Below, in pieces: positions 1 to 8,496 of a stretch of DNA of 39,625 nt (its first letter is position 1; every line of letters starts with the position of its first letter). This DNA comes from Candidatus Cloacimonadales bacterium. GTDB lineage: Bacteria; Cloacimonadota; Cloacimonadia; Cloacimonadales; TCS61. The stretch spans positions 1 to 39,625 of the forward strand of contig JAWOEN010000166.1 in the NCBI GenBank assembly GCA_046482725.1, in the 5' to 3' direction. The position numbers and the translations under genes are program-made. Below the pieces are notes generated by a model that saw only the letters and a program-made list of their open reading frames with translations, was not told the origin of the DNA and did not search any database.

Positions 1-36
1 GTAATTGCTAAATTTCTACTAACAACAGAAAATCAT

Positions 37-69
37 TCAGGCTATCATTTGGTAGCCTGAGTTTTTTTT
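37..69 (+). terminator. Intrinsic terminator for a + strand gene upstream of the window
   Basis: Hairpin TCAGGCTATC-attt-GGTAGCCTGA (one G:U pair) followed by G and T8. Confidence 0.7.
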
Positions 70-140
70 GTGTACTTGGGCTTATCCTCAGATCTACTAG
101 ATTTTATTTAGATAACCGCTTAACAGAAATTTTGCCAAAG

Positions 141-176
141 AAAAAGCCCGGAACTTCACAGTTCCGGGCTTTTTTT
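141..176. terminator. Bidirectional intrinsic terminator ending the glmL-module operon
   Basis: AAAAAGCCCGGAAC-ttcaca-GTTCCGGGCTTTTT perfect stem with A/T tracts on both sides, 25 nt past the stop at 202. Confidence 0.88.
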
Positions 177-201
177 ATATTTCTCAGCAAATGCTGATTA
201 T

Positions 202-1326
202 CTATAATTCGATTACTTCCACATTGGCACGTGGAATTGTAACTTTTTTGCCATTATTCAGTTCGGCTTCCAAGATACGCACCATAGTTTCGGATTCCAC
301 TTTGGTCAATTCTTCGGGCAAACCGGTGATTTTTCCGATCTCGCCAAAATTGGGCTCACGAATCACACGGATAGTAGAGCCGATTTCCAAAGTAGCCATT
401 TTCGCCTCTTCCACTTGCAGCTTTTCACCTTCGAAAGGAATGGGGATAATGATTTCGGGGCGCATCACACCGGCACGGATTTGTGTCATTCCGTGCATCG
501 AAGCTTTTTGACCGTCAAAATCTTTGAGCAATTGGAAGGTCGCATCAGCCATCTTGATCTGACCAAAGCCTTCGGTACAGACGATTGTGACGCCGATATC
601 TTCATGACCGGTAATAGCCACACCAATATCATAACCCAACAGCTCTTTCAAGTCACGGTCATCCACGCCACCGGAGATGATGCCATTCACTCCCATTTCC
701 TGAGACTTCTTGATCACATCTAAGGTAACCATCGAGCCGGTAACGATCAGTTTTCCGCGGCAAGATTCATCGATTTGACTCGCTTTCACCACATCTGAAC
801 CAGTTTTCGCCAGAACTTTGATCTCACCAGTTGTCTCGCCGGCAATACCAAAAATTCCCTGCACATAAGCCGATTTATTTTCGATAACAACGCCTTCTTC
901 TTCGATCACTTCTACTACTATGCCATCGATGAAAGCTTTTACCTGAACCGGAATTCTCGGTTCGCGCAGCAGCATCTGTCCGGTAATTTTGGAAATACTT
1001 TCCACTTCACCCTCGATCGGAGATTTGATCGCAGATTTAAAAAATCCAAAAAAGCCTTTGGTTTGAGCTATCATCTGCCCTTTTTTCAATTCATCACCAG
1101 CTTTCACCTTGATAAATTCATGCACCATACTGGGCTGTACACCCAATTTATTTGCCAGATTAAAAGGTACTACCTTACCTGGTAAGCGTGTTTCAGCTAC
1201 CAAATCTTCAGCTTTTACCTTATCACCTTTTTTTACCAATACATTACCCTTCAAAGGAAGAATTCTGTCTTTTCTTAATACGATACTTTTGGTTACGGTT
1301 AACCCTGCTGAATATGCTTGAGCCAT
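202..1326 (-). CDS. Conserved hypothetical protein (374 aa): barrel-sandwich-hybrid repeats, central alpha/beta domain, C-terminal KOW-like domain
   Basis: Strong GGAGG RBS. BSH half-motifs GNVLVKKGDKVKAEDLVAE, IKVKAGDELKKGQMIAQ, IKSPIEGEVESI and VKAFIDGIVVEV, with no MKM biotin or lipoyl lysine motif. KOW-like IGSTIRVIREPNFGEIGKI. Confidence 0.85.
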   Translation of the reverse strand: MAQAYSAGLTVTKSIVLRKDRILPLKGNVLVKKGDKVKAEDLVAETRLPGKVVPFNLANKLGVQPSMVHEFIKVKAGDELKKGQMIAQTKGFFGFFKSAIKSPIEGEVESISKITGQMLLREPRIPVQVKAFIDGIVVEVIEEEGVVIENKSAYVQGIFGIAGETTGEIKVLAKTGSDVVKASQIDESCRGKLIVTGSMVTLDVIKKSQEMGVNGIISGGVDDRDLKELLGYDIGVAITGHEDIGVTIVCTEGFGQIKMADATFQLLKDFDGQKASMHGMTQIRAGVMRPEIIIPIPFEGEKLQVEEAKMATLEIGSTIRVIREPNFGEIGKITGLPEELTKVESETMVRILEAELNNGKKVTIPRANVEVIEL

Positions 1327-1335
1327 AATTTCCTC

Positions 1336-3198
1336 CTATTTTAATAATTCTTCTGGATATGCTTTGAGCTCTTTCATCCATTTCAATAGTAATGGAACTC
1401 TATCAGAAGCGTCTACGGGTAAGACGAATGGTTGTCTACCGCGGGTATCCAGTACGATGCCCACAACGCCACCGTGCAATTCTGTCTCTAAATCCTGATT
1501 TTTACCAAGGCCCAGATCCAGACCGCGTCCGGGTGACAATTTTGCTTTAGCAGTTTCGCCAACTCCCAGCGGAATCAGGCGCACTTCACCAAAGGGAATA
1601 TCTTCTTCGAAAATCGTGCCGTCAGGCAGCTCGATCTTGGCAGAAAGTGCTTTTTTCCCAGATTTCATCTTACCCACCGGAGCCACACAAGTTCCCAAAT
1701 AGATCAGACAATCTTTTTCGAAAACTTCGGTAGCAGCTCTGGGACTGATCTCGGCCAATACACCCAATTGTGGCATCATGAAAATACTATCCACTGCCAA
1801 ACGAGTAATACCTTCTGGTAAGAAAGCGTTGATCAGCAACATAACTGTCTGATTTCTACGAGGAGCGTGCGATAGTACACCGCCCGAACCAACCAAAAGA
1901 TCCAGAGTCATCATATTCACGATAGAATCACCAGAAGCAGATTGGGCAAAAGCATCGGAAATTTCGCGCTGTTTTTGACCACCCTTCAGGCCAACCGCAA
2001 ATTCTTTATGTTGGATAAAGGCATATCTCAGAGCTTCATTGGCAATAGCCTGCTCCAAAACCAGCTCCTTAAATTTTTGGGGAATCGTAGTCGGACGAAT
2101 CATCTTGTTTTTGATCATATTTCTCAAACCAGACTCATCAATATCAAAAGGTACCCAGCGTAAGATATTATCCAAGCCGGCAGTAGCCAAAACATTGGAG
2201 ATACTGTAGCTCATGCCGAGGTTGGCACTAACTGTACGATTGAAAACTTTGTCTTCGGTAAAGACTGAGAAAACGTCTGTGGTAGCACCACCGATATCCA
2301 CACCCAAAACTTCGATATCATTTTCTCTGGCAATAGTTTGCATGATATTACCCACAGCTGCCGGAGTCGGCATAATGGGAATATTTTTCATCTTGCCATC
2401 GACCGGGCCCATAGTCCAGCTCATCAATTTATTATAGCCGGGCGCTTGTGCCATCACGTGTTCCATGAAAAGATCATGAATTTTGTCACGGGCTGGTCCC
2501 AAATTTTCTACTTCCAAAGTAGGACGTAAATTTTCTGTAATAATCAGGTCGGTTTTTTCTTTCAAAGTCTCTTCGATCACGTCGATCGCTTTCTTATTTC
2601 CGGCATAGATCACCGGCAATTTGTAGCTAGAGCCCAAACGTGGTTTGGGATCTGCCGCACCTACCAACTCAGCCATTTCAGCTACGTGTTTGGTAGTTCC
2701 ACCATCGACTCCACCCGCCATCAAAATCATATCGGGGCGTAAAGCTCTGATGCGCTCAATCTTTTCATAGTTAGCACGTTTATCATTGCTGGCAATCAGA
2801 TCCATCACGATAGCACCAGCTCCCAGAGCTGCTCTTTCTGCACTCTCACCTGTCATTCTGGCTACCACTCCAGTCACCATCATCTGCAATCCACCACCAG
2901 CACTGGAGGTAGAAACATAAGCGTCTATACCATTCTTCTCACCAATAAATAATTTATCACCGTCGGTGAACTTGATAGTAGGATCCTTGTATTTCAGTTG
3001 TGCTAATTCTTGCAACTCGGTAACTGCGTTTACCACGCCTCGCGTCACGTCATTCAGCGGTTTCTCGACCGTTGTAGGCGCCTCTCCACGCACTGTCTGA
3101 CGGTATTCACCATCAACATACTCAATCAAAATAGCTTTGGTTGTAGTACTTCCACAGTCAGTTGCGATAATACGTCTCAAATTTTGAGTCTCTGCCAT
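1336..3198 (-). CDS. glmL: Glutamate mutase L (GlmL/MutL) family ASKHA-fold ATPase, long form (620 aa)
   Basis: Phosphate-1 DCGSTTTKA, SSAGGGL, GGVDGG, YAGN, PTPAAV, phosphate-2 DIGGATTDVFS, RTVSANLGMSYS and adenosine GSGGVL motifs. GGAGG RBS. Confidence 0.85.
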   Translation of the reverse strand: MAETQNLRRIIATDCGSTTTKAILIEYVDGEYRQTVRGEAPTTVEKPLNDVTRGVVNAVTELQELAQLKYKDPTIKFTDGDKLFIGEKNGIDAYVSTSSAGGGLQMMVTGVVARMTGESAERAALGAGAIVMDLIASNDKRANYEKIERIRALRPDMILMAGGVDGGTTKHVAEMAELVGAADPKPRLGSSYKLPVIYAGNKKAIDVIEETLKEKTDLIITENLRPTLEVENLGPARDKIHDLFMEHVMAQAPGYNKLMSWTMGPVDGKMKNIPIMPTPAAVGNIMQTIARENDIEVLGVDIGGATTDVFSVFTEDKVFNRTVSANLGMSYSISNVLATAGLDNILRWVPFDIDESGLRNMIKNKMIRPTTIPQKFKELVLEQAIANEALRYAFIQHKEFAVGLKGGQKQREISDAFAQSASGDSIVNMMTLDLLVGSGGVLSHAPRRNQTVMLLINAFLPEGITRLAVDSIFMMPQLGVLAEISPRAATEVFEKDCLIYLGTCVAPVGKMKSGKKALSAKIELPDGTIFEEDIPFGEVRLIPLGVGETAKAKLSPGRGLDLGLGKNQDLETELHGGVVGIVLDTRGRQPFVLPVDASDRVPLLLKWMKELKAYPEELLK

Positions 3199-3210
3199 TT
3201 TTCCTCCAAT

Positions 3211-3633
3211 TTATTTTTTAGATTTTTTTTTATCTGCTTTCGGTTTGATCCCGAAAAATTTCTTGATCTTGTTATGACGCCGTTTGCGTAAAACTCTTTT
3301 TTCTGCTCGTTCTTGGCTGTAAGATTCATCATCTAGTTCATCGATGCGCTTCACCAGCATCGAGATATATTTGTCATGCTCGAGCAGGGCGGCAAATTCC
3401 TGATATTCGCGGGAATCTACAAACACTTCGGCAAAAGGTGCTAGAAAGTGCATCAATTGGCTGCCGATATTGTGCAAAGGTCGCAAAGACTCGATGGTCA
3501 TGATTGCTGGGGCAGCCATCCGTTTTTCTACAATAAAGCGAGAAATTTTATCGATCAATTTCACAGCTTTTTCCGGAGATATCTCCAAAATTATTTCATT
3601 CAATTTTTTATCCTTCTTATTCAAATTATTCAC
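3211..3633 (-). CDS. Conserved hypothetical protein (140 aa), first gene of the glmL module
   Basis: GTG start; 12-nt gap to glmL. Amphipathic core MAAPAIMTIESLRPLHNIGSQLMHFLAPF and a very basic C-terminal tail. Confidence 0.8.
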   Translation of the reverse strand: MNNLNKKDKKLNEIILEISPEKAVKLIDKISRFIVEKRMAAPAIMTIESLRPLHNIGSQLMHFLAPFAEVFVDSREYQEFAALLEHDKYISMLVKRIDELDDESYSQERAEKRVLRKRRHNKIKKFFGIKPKADKKKSKK

Positions 3634-3651
3634 ATATTTTTAGTTCAGGTA

Positions 3652-3680
3652 AAATTTCTTTATGCCCTTGCGATTGTCAA
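3652..3680 (-). promoter_or_regulatory. Possible sigma70 promoter in the 3' end of comF, driving the glmL module
   Basis: Minus-strand TTGACA-N17-AAATTT (perfect -35, weak -10), 18 nt before the GTG at 3633. Confidence 0.4.
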
Positions 3681-4307
3681 GACAATGATTTGGCTAACCC
3701 CGTTATTTTTCAAAACATTACTAATGGTATTGGTAGTGGCTCCCGTAGTAAAAACATCATCAACCAACAAGACTGTTTTACCGACCAGTTTTTGGCGATA
3801 TTTGCTGCCAAAAGCCTGGGCCACGTTTTGCTGTCGCTCCTGACGGTTCAATTGAGTCTGGGTTTGGGTAAAGCGTTTGCGGGCAAGTGCTTGGGGAAAA
3901 TGTTGATAACCGCATTTCTTGGCAATCGTTTGGGAGAGAATTTCAGCTTGATTGAAGCCGCGAAAACGTTTTTTGACACGATGTAGCGGCACCGGCACCA
4001 CCAAATCAATCTGGGGCAGATCAGCTTGAGCTTGCAAAAAATTGGCCGCCTCAGTTGCCAGAAATTTTCCCAGACTTCGCATCTCATTATATTTGAACTC
4101 ATGAATTAGCTGCTGCACCAAAGGCGTGAAATCGAAAACTGCCAACGACCGCTCGAAACTGAAATCGCCAGGCTCCGTTGTCTGCTCTCTCCAAACTAAT
4201 TTTTGGACACAAGCAGCGCAGACCACCTCTGCTCCCGAGATACTGCTACCGCAGCCCGGACAGATTCCGGGAAAAATCAAGTTCAAAAAAGTATCGATAA
4301 TTTTCAT
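3660..4307 (-). CDS. comF: ComF family protein (zinc ribbon plus phosphoribosyltransferase fold)
   Basis: CPGC...CAAC, VPVPLH, RGFNQA, R-x-x-NV and LLVDDVFTTGAT motifs. Confidence 0.93.
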   Translation of the reverse strand: MKIIDTFLNLIFPGICPGCGSSISGAEVVCAACVQKLVWREQTTEPGDFSFERSLAVFDFTPLVQQLIHEFKYNEMRSLGKFLATEAANFLQAQADLPQIDLVVPVPLHRVKKRFRGFNQAEILSQTIAKKCGYQHFPQALARKRFTQTQTQLNRQERQQNVAQAFGSKYRQKLVGKTVLLVDDVFTTGATTNTISNVLKNNGVSQIIVLTIARA

Positions 4308-4358
4308 AGCTTCCCTCTGCTTTCTATAATTTCAAAAGTCACAGGCAAATCTCTCAAT

Positions 4359-4880
4359 CTAAACTTCTTGCCCCGCTTGCAGGCGCATGCCCACTTTGTA
4401 CTTTTCCATTTTCTCCGGTGGAAGCTGCAGGCGGCAAATTGCACCCAGAGGTGCTACTCCGATCAAGCGACCGACGATCTTGCACTCGGGCTCGAAAATA
4501 TAAACTTTTCCCTGCAAGTTTTGGCTGCTGAAATCTTCTCCCGCCCAGCGGATTTCTGCCGGTTCAAAGATTCTTTTTCTGATTACCAAAGAGTCAGCAT
4601 CGCAGGCAATAATTTTGCCATTAATCGGAAAAACCAAAGTTGGTTCAGCCTCCAAATAGCGCCAGCGCCGGTTTACTCGAAACAGCATCAGCACTAAAAG
4701 GTAGAGAGCCAAGCCCAACATTGCCAGAAAGTTAGCACCTTGAAATGGGATATTGGAGCTGATAATAACCGAAAGCAACACCAGCGCAATCGGTAGGGCA
4801 GCAAATTTGAACTTGGTCTTTTGGATAGCGGATATCACCGCAATGGGATTATAGACTTCCAGCTCTTGATATTTTTTCAT
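4359..4880 (-). CDS. Membrane-anchored phosphatidylserine-decarboxylase-like protein lacking the catalytic serine
   Basis: Start moved to ATG 4880 (AGGTGGAG RBS). Two TM helices, then LFR..VFPINGKI, GRLIGVAPLGAICRLQLP and KVGMRLQAGQEV, which parallel short-type PSD motifs. Confidence 0.55.
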   Translation of the reverse strand: MKKYQELEVYNPIAVISAIQKTKFKFAALPIALVLLSVIISSNIPFQGANFLAMLGLALYLLVLMLFRVNRRWRYLEAEPTLVFPINGKIIACDADSLVIRKRIFEPAEIRWAGEDFSSQNLQGKVYIFEPECKIVGRLIGVAPLGAICRLQLPPEKMEKYKVGMRLQAGQEV

Positions 4881-4917
4881 CTCTCCACCTTTGTAGTTTT
4901 TTTTCCGTCTTATTTTG

Positions 4918-6210
4918 CTAGATTCCAACCCGTTCAAAGATGAAATCTACATGTTTTAGATAGCGTTCAAAAGAAAATATTTGATTGATCTCCGCAGCAC
5001 TGAGATATTTTCTGATCTCTTCATCAGCCAGCAAAAGTTCTTGGAAGGGCTGTTTTGTTTCCCAACATTTCATAGCGTTTCTCTGTACCAAAGCATAGGA
5101 ATCTTCACGAGAGATCCCGGTTTCGGCCAGCTTCAGCAGAAAGACCTGAGAGAAAACCAGTCCGTTGGTCAGGTTGATATTTTTCATCATATTATCGGGA
5201 TAGACCAACAAATTTTCGATCAGTGAGATCATTTTATTCAGCATATAATTCATCAAAATAGTCGTATCAGGCAGGATAATTCTTTCCACGGAAGAGTGGC
5301 TGATATCACGCTCATGCCACAAAGCATTATTTTCCAGAGCAGCCATAGCGTTGCTGCGAATTAGGCGTGCCATTCCGCTCATCTGCTCGGTAGCGATGGG
5401 ATTGCGTTTGTGTGGCATAGCAGAAGAACCTTTCTGGCCTTTGGAAAAATTTTCCTCAGCTTCCAAAACTTCCGTGCGCTGCAGGTGGCGAATCTCGACT
5501 GAGATCTTCTCGATGGTAGAAGCAGCCACAGCCAAAGTGTTCATATACTCGGCAATGCGATCACGCTGGATAACCTGAGTGGCAATATTTACCGGCTGCA
5601 GATCCAGATAAGTGCAGGCTATCTCTTCGACCTGAGGCGAAAGATGAGCATAATTGCCCACCGCACCCGAAATTTGGCCTACTGAGACTATATCGATCGC
5701 AGCTTTCAATCTTCTGATATTTCGCTGCATCTCGTCGTACCAGAGGGCAAATTTTAGACCGAAAGTCGTGGGCTCGGCATGTATACCATGCGAGCGTCCA
5801 ATGCAAAGTGTGTGTTTGTGTTCTTGGGCTCGGATGCGCAGCACTTCCGAGAGCTTTTCCAGATCGCGCAAGATCAAAATGCCGGCTTGCTTCAATTGCA
5901 GAGAAGTAGCTGTGTCCAACACATCTGAAGAGGTCATTCCGTAGTGAATAAAGCGTGATGATGGTCCTACAAATTCTGAGACACTGGTAAGAAAGGCAAT
6001 CACATCATGTTTGGTTACCTGCTCGATTTCGTCGATACGCTCGATATCAAAATCTGCCTTTTCCACAATATTTTCCAAGTCTTCATCCGGGATCATTCCC
6101 AGCTGGTTCATAGCACGGCAAGCTGCTATTTCCACATCCAACATACATTGAAACCTGTTGGGCAGATCCCAAATTTTCTCCATCTCTTCTCGCGAATATC
6201 GCTTGATCAT
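4918..6210 (-). CDS. purB: Adenylosuccinate lyase
   Basis: TKHDVIAF, HYGMTSSD, GRSHGIHAEPTTFG and the signature GSSAMPHKRNP. Confidence 0.98.
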   Translation of the reverse strand: MIKRYSREEMEKIWDLPNRFQCMLDVEIAACRAMNQLGMIPDEDLENIVEKADFDIERIDEIEQVTKHDVIAFLTSVSEFVGPSSRFIHYGMTSSDVLDTATSLQLKQAGILILRDLEKLSEVLRIRAQEHKHTLCIGRSHGIHAEPTTFGLKFALWYDEMQRNIRRLKAAIDIVSVGQISGAVGNYAHLSPQVEEIACTYLDLQPVNIATQVIQRDRIAEYMNTLAVAASTIEKISVEIRHLQRTEVLEAEENFSKGQKGSSAMPHKRNPIATEQMSGMARLIRSNAMAALENNALWHERDISHSSVERIILPDTTILMNYMLNKMISLIENLLVYPDNMMKNINLTNGLVFSQVFLLKLAETGISREDSYALVQRNAMKCWETKQPFQELLLADEEIRKYLSAAEINQIFSFERYLKHVDFIFERVGI

Positions 6211-6237
6211 TCTTCAACTCCTGATTTTTTATATTTG

Positions 6238-6828
6238 TTAGTTATATTTTATTTCATCCACACTTACTTTCAGCACCAAATCTTGCTGCTGCCAAAGCTT
6301 GATATATTGCAGATCCTGATTGAGATCATATTCCAATCTTACCCGAAACTTGGGAGTGACAATTTCTTCTATCTGCATCGCTTCATTCCAAAAGATTTCC
6401 AGATTATCCAAACTCAATTGCAGCTCTGAGCAGATGGTCGAAGAGTACTTATCTAGCAAATCCGGTGAAAATATCTGCTGTAAATCAGAGCTGGTGAGCG
6501 GCACTGCCTGCGTTTTACCCATAAACTGAAATTCTACTTCCTGCCCTATTTCCAGACTGGCCAAAGGTGCTGCCTTCATGCCAAAAACTCCACCCTCTAC
6601 CAAGCTGGCAGAAAATTTCTCCGGCGTATTTTTTAGCTGCAGATTTTTTCGGAAAGTGAAATTTTTATAATTTATCTCTGCGATGCCGGAGAGCGTAAAA
6701 TTCTGATATTTATTGATATTTTCGCGCAATAATTCTGCTCGCTGGCGCGGTGGCGGAAACAAAGAACAGCCCGCCAGCACCAGCAAAATCAGGCAACTAC
6801 TAATTATTAATTTTTTGTTTATTGGCAT
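6238..6828 (-). CDS. Lipoprotein, possibly of LolB/LolA-like fold
   Basis: Lipobox LAG|C after a basic and hydrophobic signal; beta-rich mature part; overlaps the 3' end of lgt by 29 nt. Confidence 0.7.
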   Translation of the reverse strand: MPINKKLIISSCLILLVLAGCSLFPPPRQRAELLRENINKYQNFTLSGIAEINYKNFTFRKNLQLKNTPEKFSASLVEGGVFGMKAAPLASLEIGQEVEFQFMGKTQAVPLTSSDLQQIFSPDLLDKYSSTICSELQLSLDNLEIFWNEAMQIEEIVTPKFRVRLEYDLNQDLQYIKLWQQQDLVLKVSVDEIKYN

Positions 6829-7591
6829 AGATTATACCTAATCCCAAAAGACCAAAAATGATCATACTGAAGCTGAGCAATTGTCCCATCGTGAAGGAAG
6901 CAAAGATAAAGCCCAGATGCTCATCGGGTTGGCGAAAATATTCTACAATAAAGCGAAATATTCCATAGAGACCGATCCAACTATAAAATACCACACCATT
7001 GGTTTGAGATTTTTTCAAAATTATCCAAGTGATGAAAAAGAGTAGCAAGCCTTCCAAAAAAGCTTCATAAAGCTGCGAAGGATGCCGTGGTAAACCATCG
7101 GAATGCGGAAAAATCATGCCCCAGGGCATTTCGGTGACTCGCCCGTAAAGCTCGCCGTTGATAAAATTTCCCAATCTACCCAAACCCAAGCCCAAAGCAG
7201 CTAGTGGCATAATAGGATCGGCATAGCGATAGAAAGATATTTTCTGCTTGCGAGCAAAAATCAAGCCTGCAACAATCACACCCAGCACGCCTCCATGAAA
7301 AGACATTCCGCCCTGCCAAACTGCAAAAATATGCAGGGGATGGTGGAAATAGTAGGGTAAATTATAAAAAATCACATAGCCAAATCTGCCACCAATTACC
7401 ACTCCCAACATCAGATAAAACAGCAGGTTATCATAATCTTCTCGGGGCAAGCTGGCCTCGCGGTAACGCAAAAAACGTTTGTAAAAAAAATAGGCCAACA
7501 AAAAGCCCACAATATAGAGCACTCCATACCAGCGTACTTCCAACATTCCGATCTTGAAAATCGTCGGGTCGATTTCGGGAAATTCTAACAT
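6800..7591 (-). CDS. lgt: Prolipoprotein diacylglyceryl transferase
   Basis: WYG, GGRFGYV, WQGGMSFHGG, GRLGNFINGELYGR, HPSQLYE and RFIVEYFRQPD motifs. Confidence 0.98.
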   Translation of the reverse strand: MLEFPEIDPTIFKIGMLEVRWYGVLYIVGFLLAYFFYKRFLRYREASLPREDYDNLLFYLMLGVVIGGRFGYVIFYNLPYYFHHPLHIFAVWQGGMSFHGGVLGVIVAGLIFARKQKISFYRYADPIMPLAALGLGLGRLGNFINGELYGRVTEMPWGMIFPHSDGLPRHPSQLYEAFLEGLLLFFITWIILKKSQTNGVVFYSWIGLYGIFRFIVEYFRQPDEHLGFIFASFTMGQLLSFSMIIFGLLGLGIIYANKQKINN

Positions 7592-7615
7592 ATCTATTCC
7601 TTATTTGATAAGATC

Positions 7616-7649
7616 AAGAAAAGGCTTCTCAATATAATTCGAGAAGCCT
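7616..7649 (-). terminator. Intrinsic terminator after etfB
   Basis: Minus-strand AGGCTTCTC-N10-GAGAAGCCT followed by TTTCTT. Confidence 0.6.
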
Positions 7650-7655
7650 GCAAAC

Positions 7656-8435
7656 TTATTTTCCGATCTCTTTTAGTTTATCGTATAAAATCTTGGCCAA
7701 GTCCTCGGCCGGCAGTTCATGCTTGGCGCCACCTTTTTTTAGTTCGGGTGAGAAAATGCTAACCACCTGTGTGGGCGAACCATTCAAGCCAATATCGTTC
7801 TCTTTCAATTTCAGATCATCGGCATTTAGGATTTTCATTTCTGCTTTCTTGGCTTTGCGCTTACCACGCAAAGAGGGCAAACGCGGAGTATTGATATCTT
7901 TCACCACTGTCAGCACAGCGGGCAAACCCATCTCGATTCTGTCATAGCCATCTTCCATCAATCTTTGCACCAGCAGGCGCTGATTCTCACAGCTCTCCAC
8001 AGCCTTCACAAAGCCGACTTGCGGGATATCAAGGTGAGCTGCTACTCCGGGTCCCACCTGAGCTGTATCACCATCGATAGCTTGCTGCCCGAAAAGCACC
8101 AGATCATATTCCATCTGAGCAATAGCGGCCGCCAAAGTCAGGCTGGTCGCCCAAGTATCAGCTCCGGCAAATTTACGATCGGAAAGCAAAATAATCTCAT
8201 CCACTCCCATCGCTACCGCTTCACGCAGAGCACTTTCCACTTGGGGAGGCCCCATGCTGATAGCTGTCACTTTGCCGCCGTGAATTTCTTTCAGGCGAAT
8301 AGCTTCTTCGATCGCATAAAGATCGAAAGGGTTGATAATACTCTCCACACCTTCTCTGATCAGGGTATTGGTCTGCGGATCAATCTTGATCTCGGTTGTA
8401 TCCGGCACTTGCTTTACGCATACTATAATATTCAT
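7656..8435 (-). CDS. etfB: Electron transfer flavoprotein beta subunit (FixA family)
   Basis: MNIIVCVKQVPDT, INPFDLYAIEEA, SMGPP, FAGADTWATS, QAIDGDTAQVGP and PRLPS motifs. Confidence 0.97.
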   Translation of the reverse strand: MNIIVCVKQVPDTTEIKIDPQTNTLIREGVESIINPFDLYAIEEAIRLKEIHGGKVTAISMGPPQVESALREAVAMGVDEIILLSDRKFAGADTWATSLTLAAAIAQMEYDLVLFGQQAIDGDTAQVGPGVAAHLDIPQVGFVKAVESCENQRLLVQRLMEDGYDRIEMGLPAVLTVVKDINTPRLPSLRGKRKAKKAEMKILNADDLKLKENDIGLNGSPTQVVSIFSPELKKGGAKHELPAEDLAKILYDKLKEIGK

Positions 8436-8466
8436 AATTATTACCTCAAAATCTTAAGTTTGGCAC

Positions 8467-8496
8467 AATTTATAAAACCCCCGATCTATCAGTCAA
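8467..8496 (-). promoter_or_regulatory. Putative sigma70 promoter of etfB
   Basis: Minus-strand TTGACT-N16-TATAAA (or N18-TAAATT), about 30 nt upstream of the start codon. Confidence 0.5.

Noticed and set aside
3199-3700. Cobalamin riboswitch or B12 mutase subunit near glmL
   Set aside because: Intergenic gaps are too short for a riboswitch, and the 140-aa protein lacks the DxHxxG motif of GlmS-type subunits.
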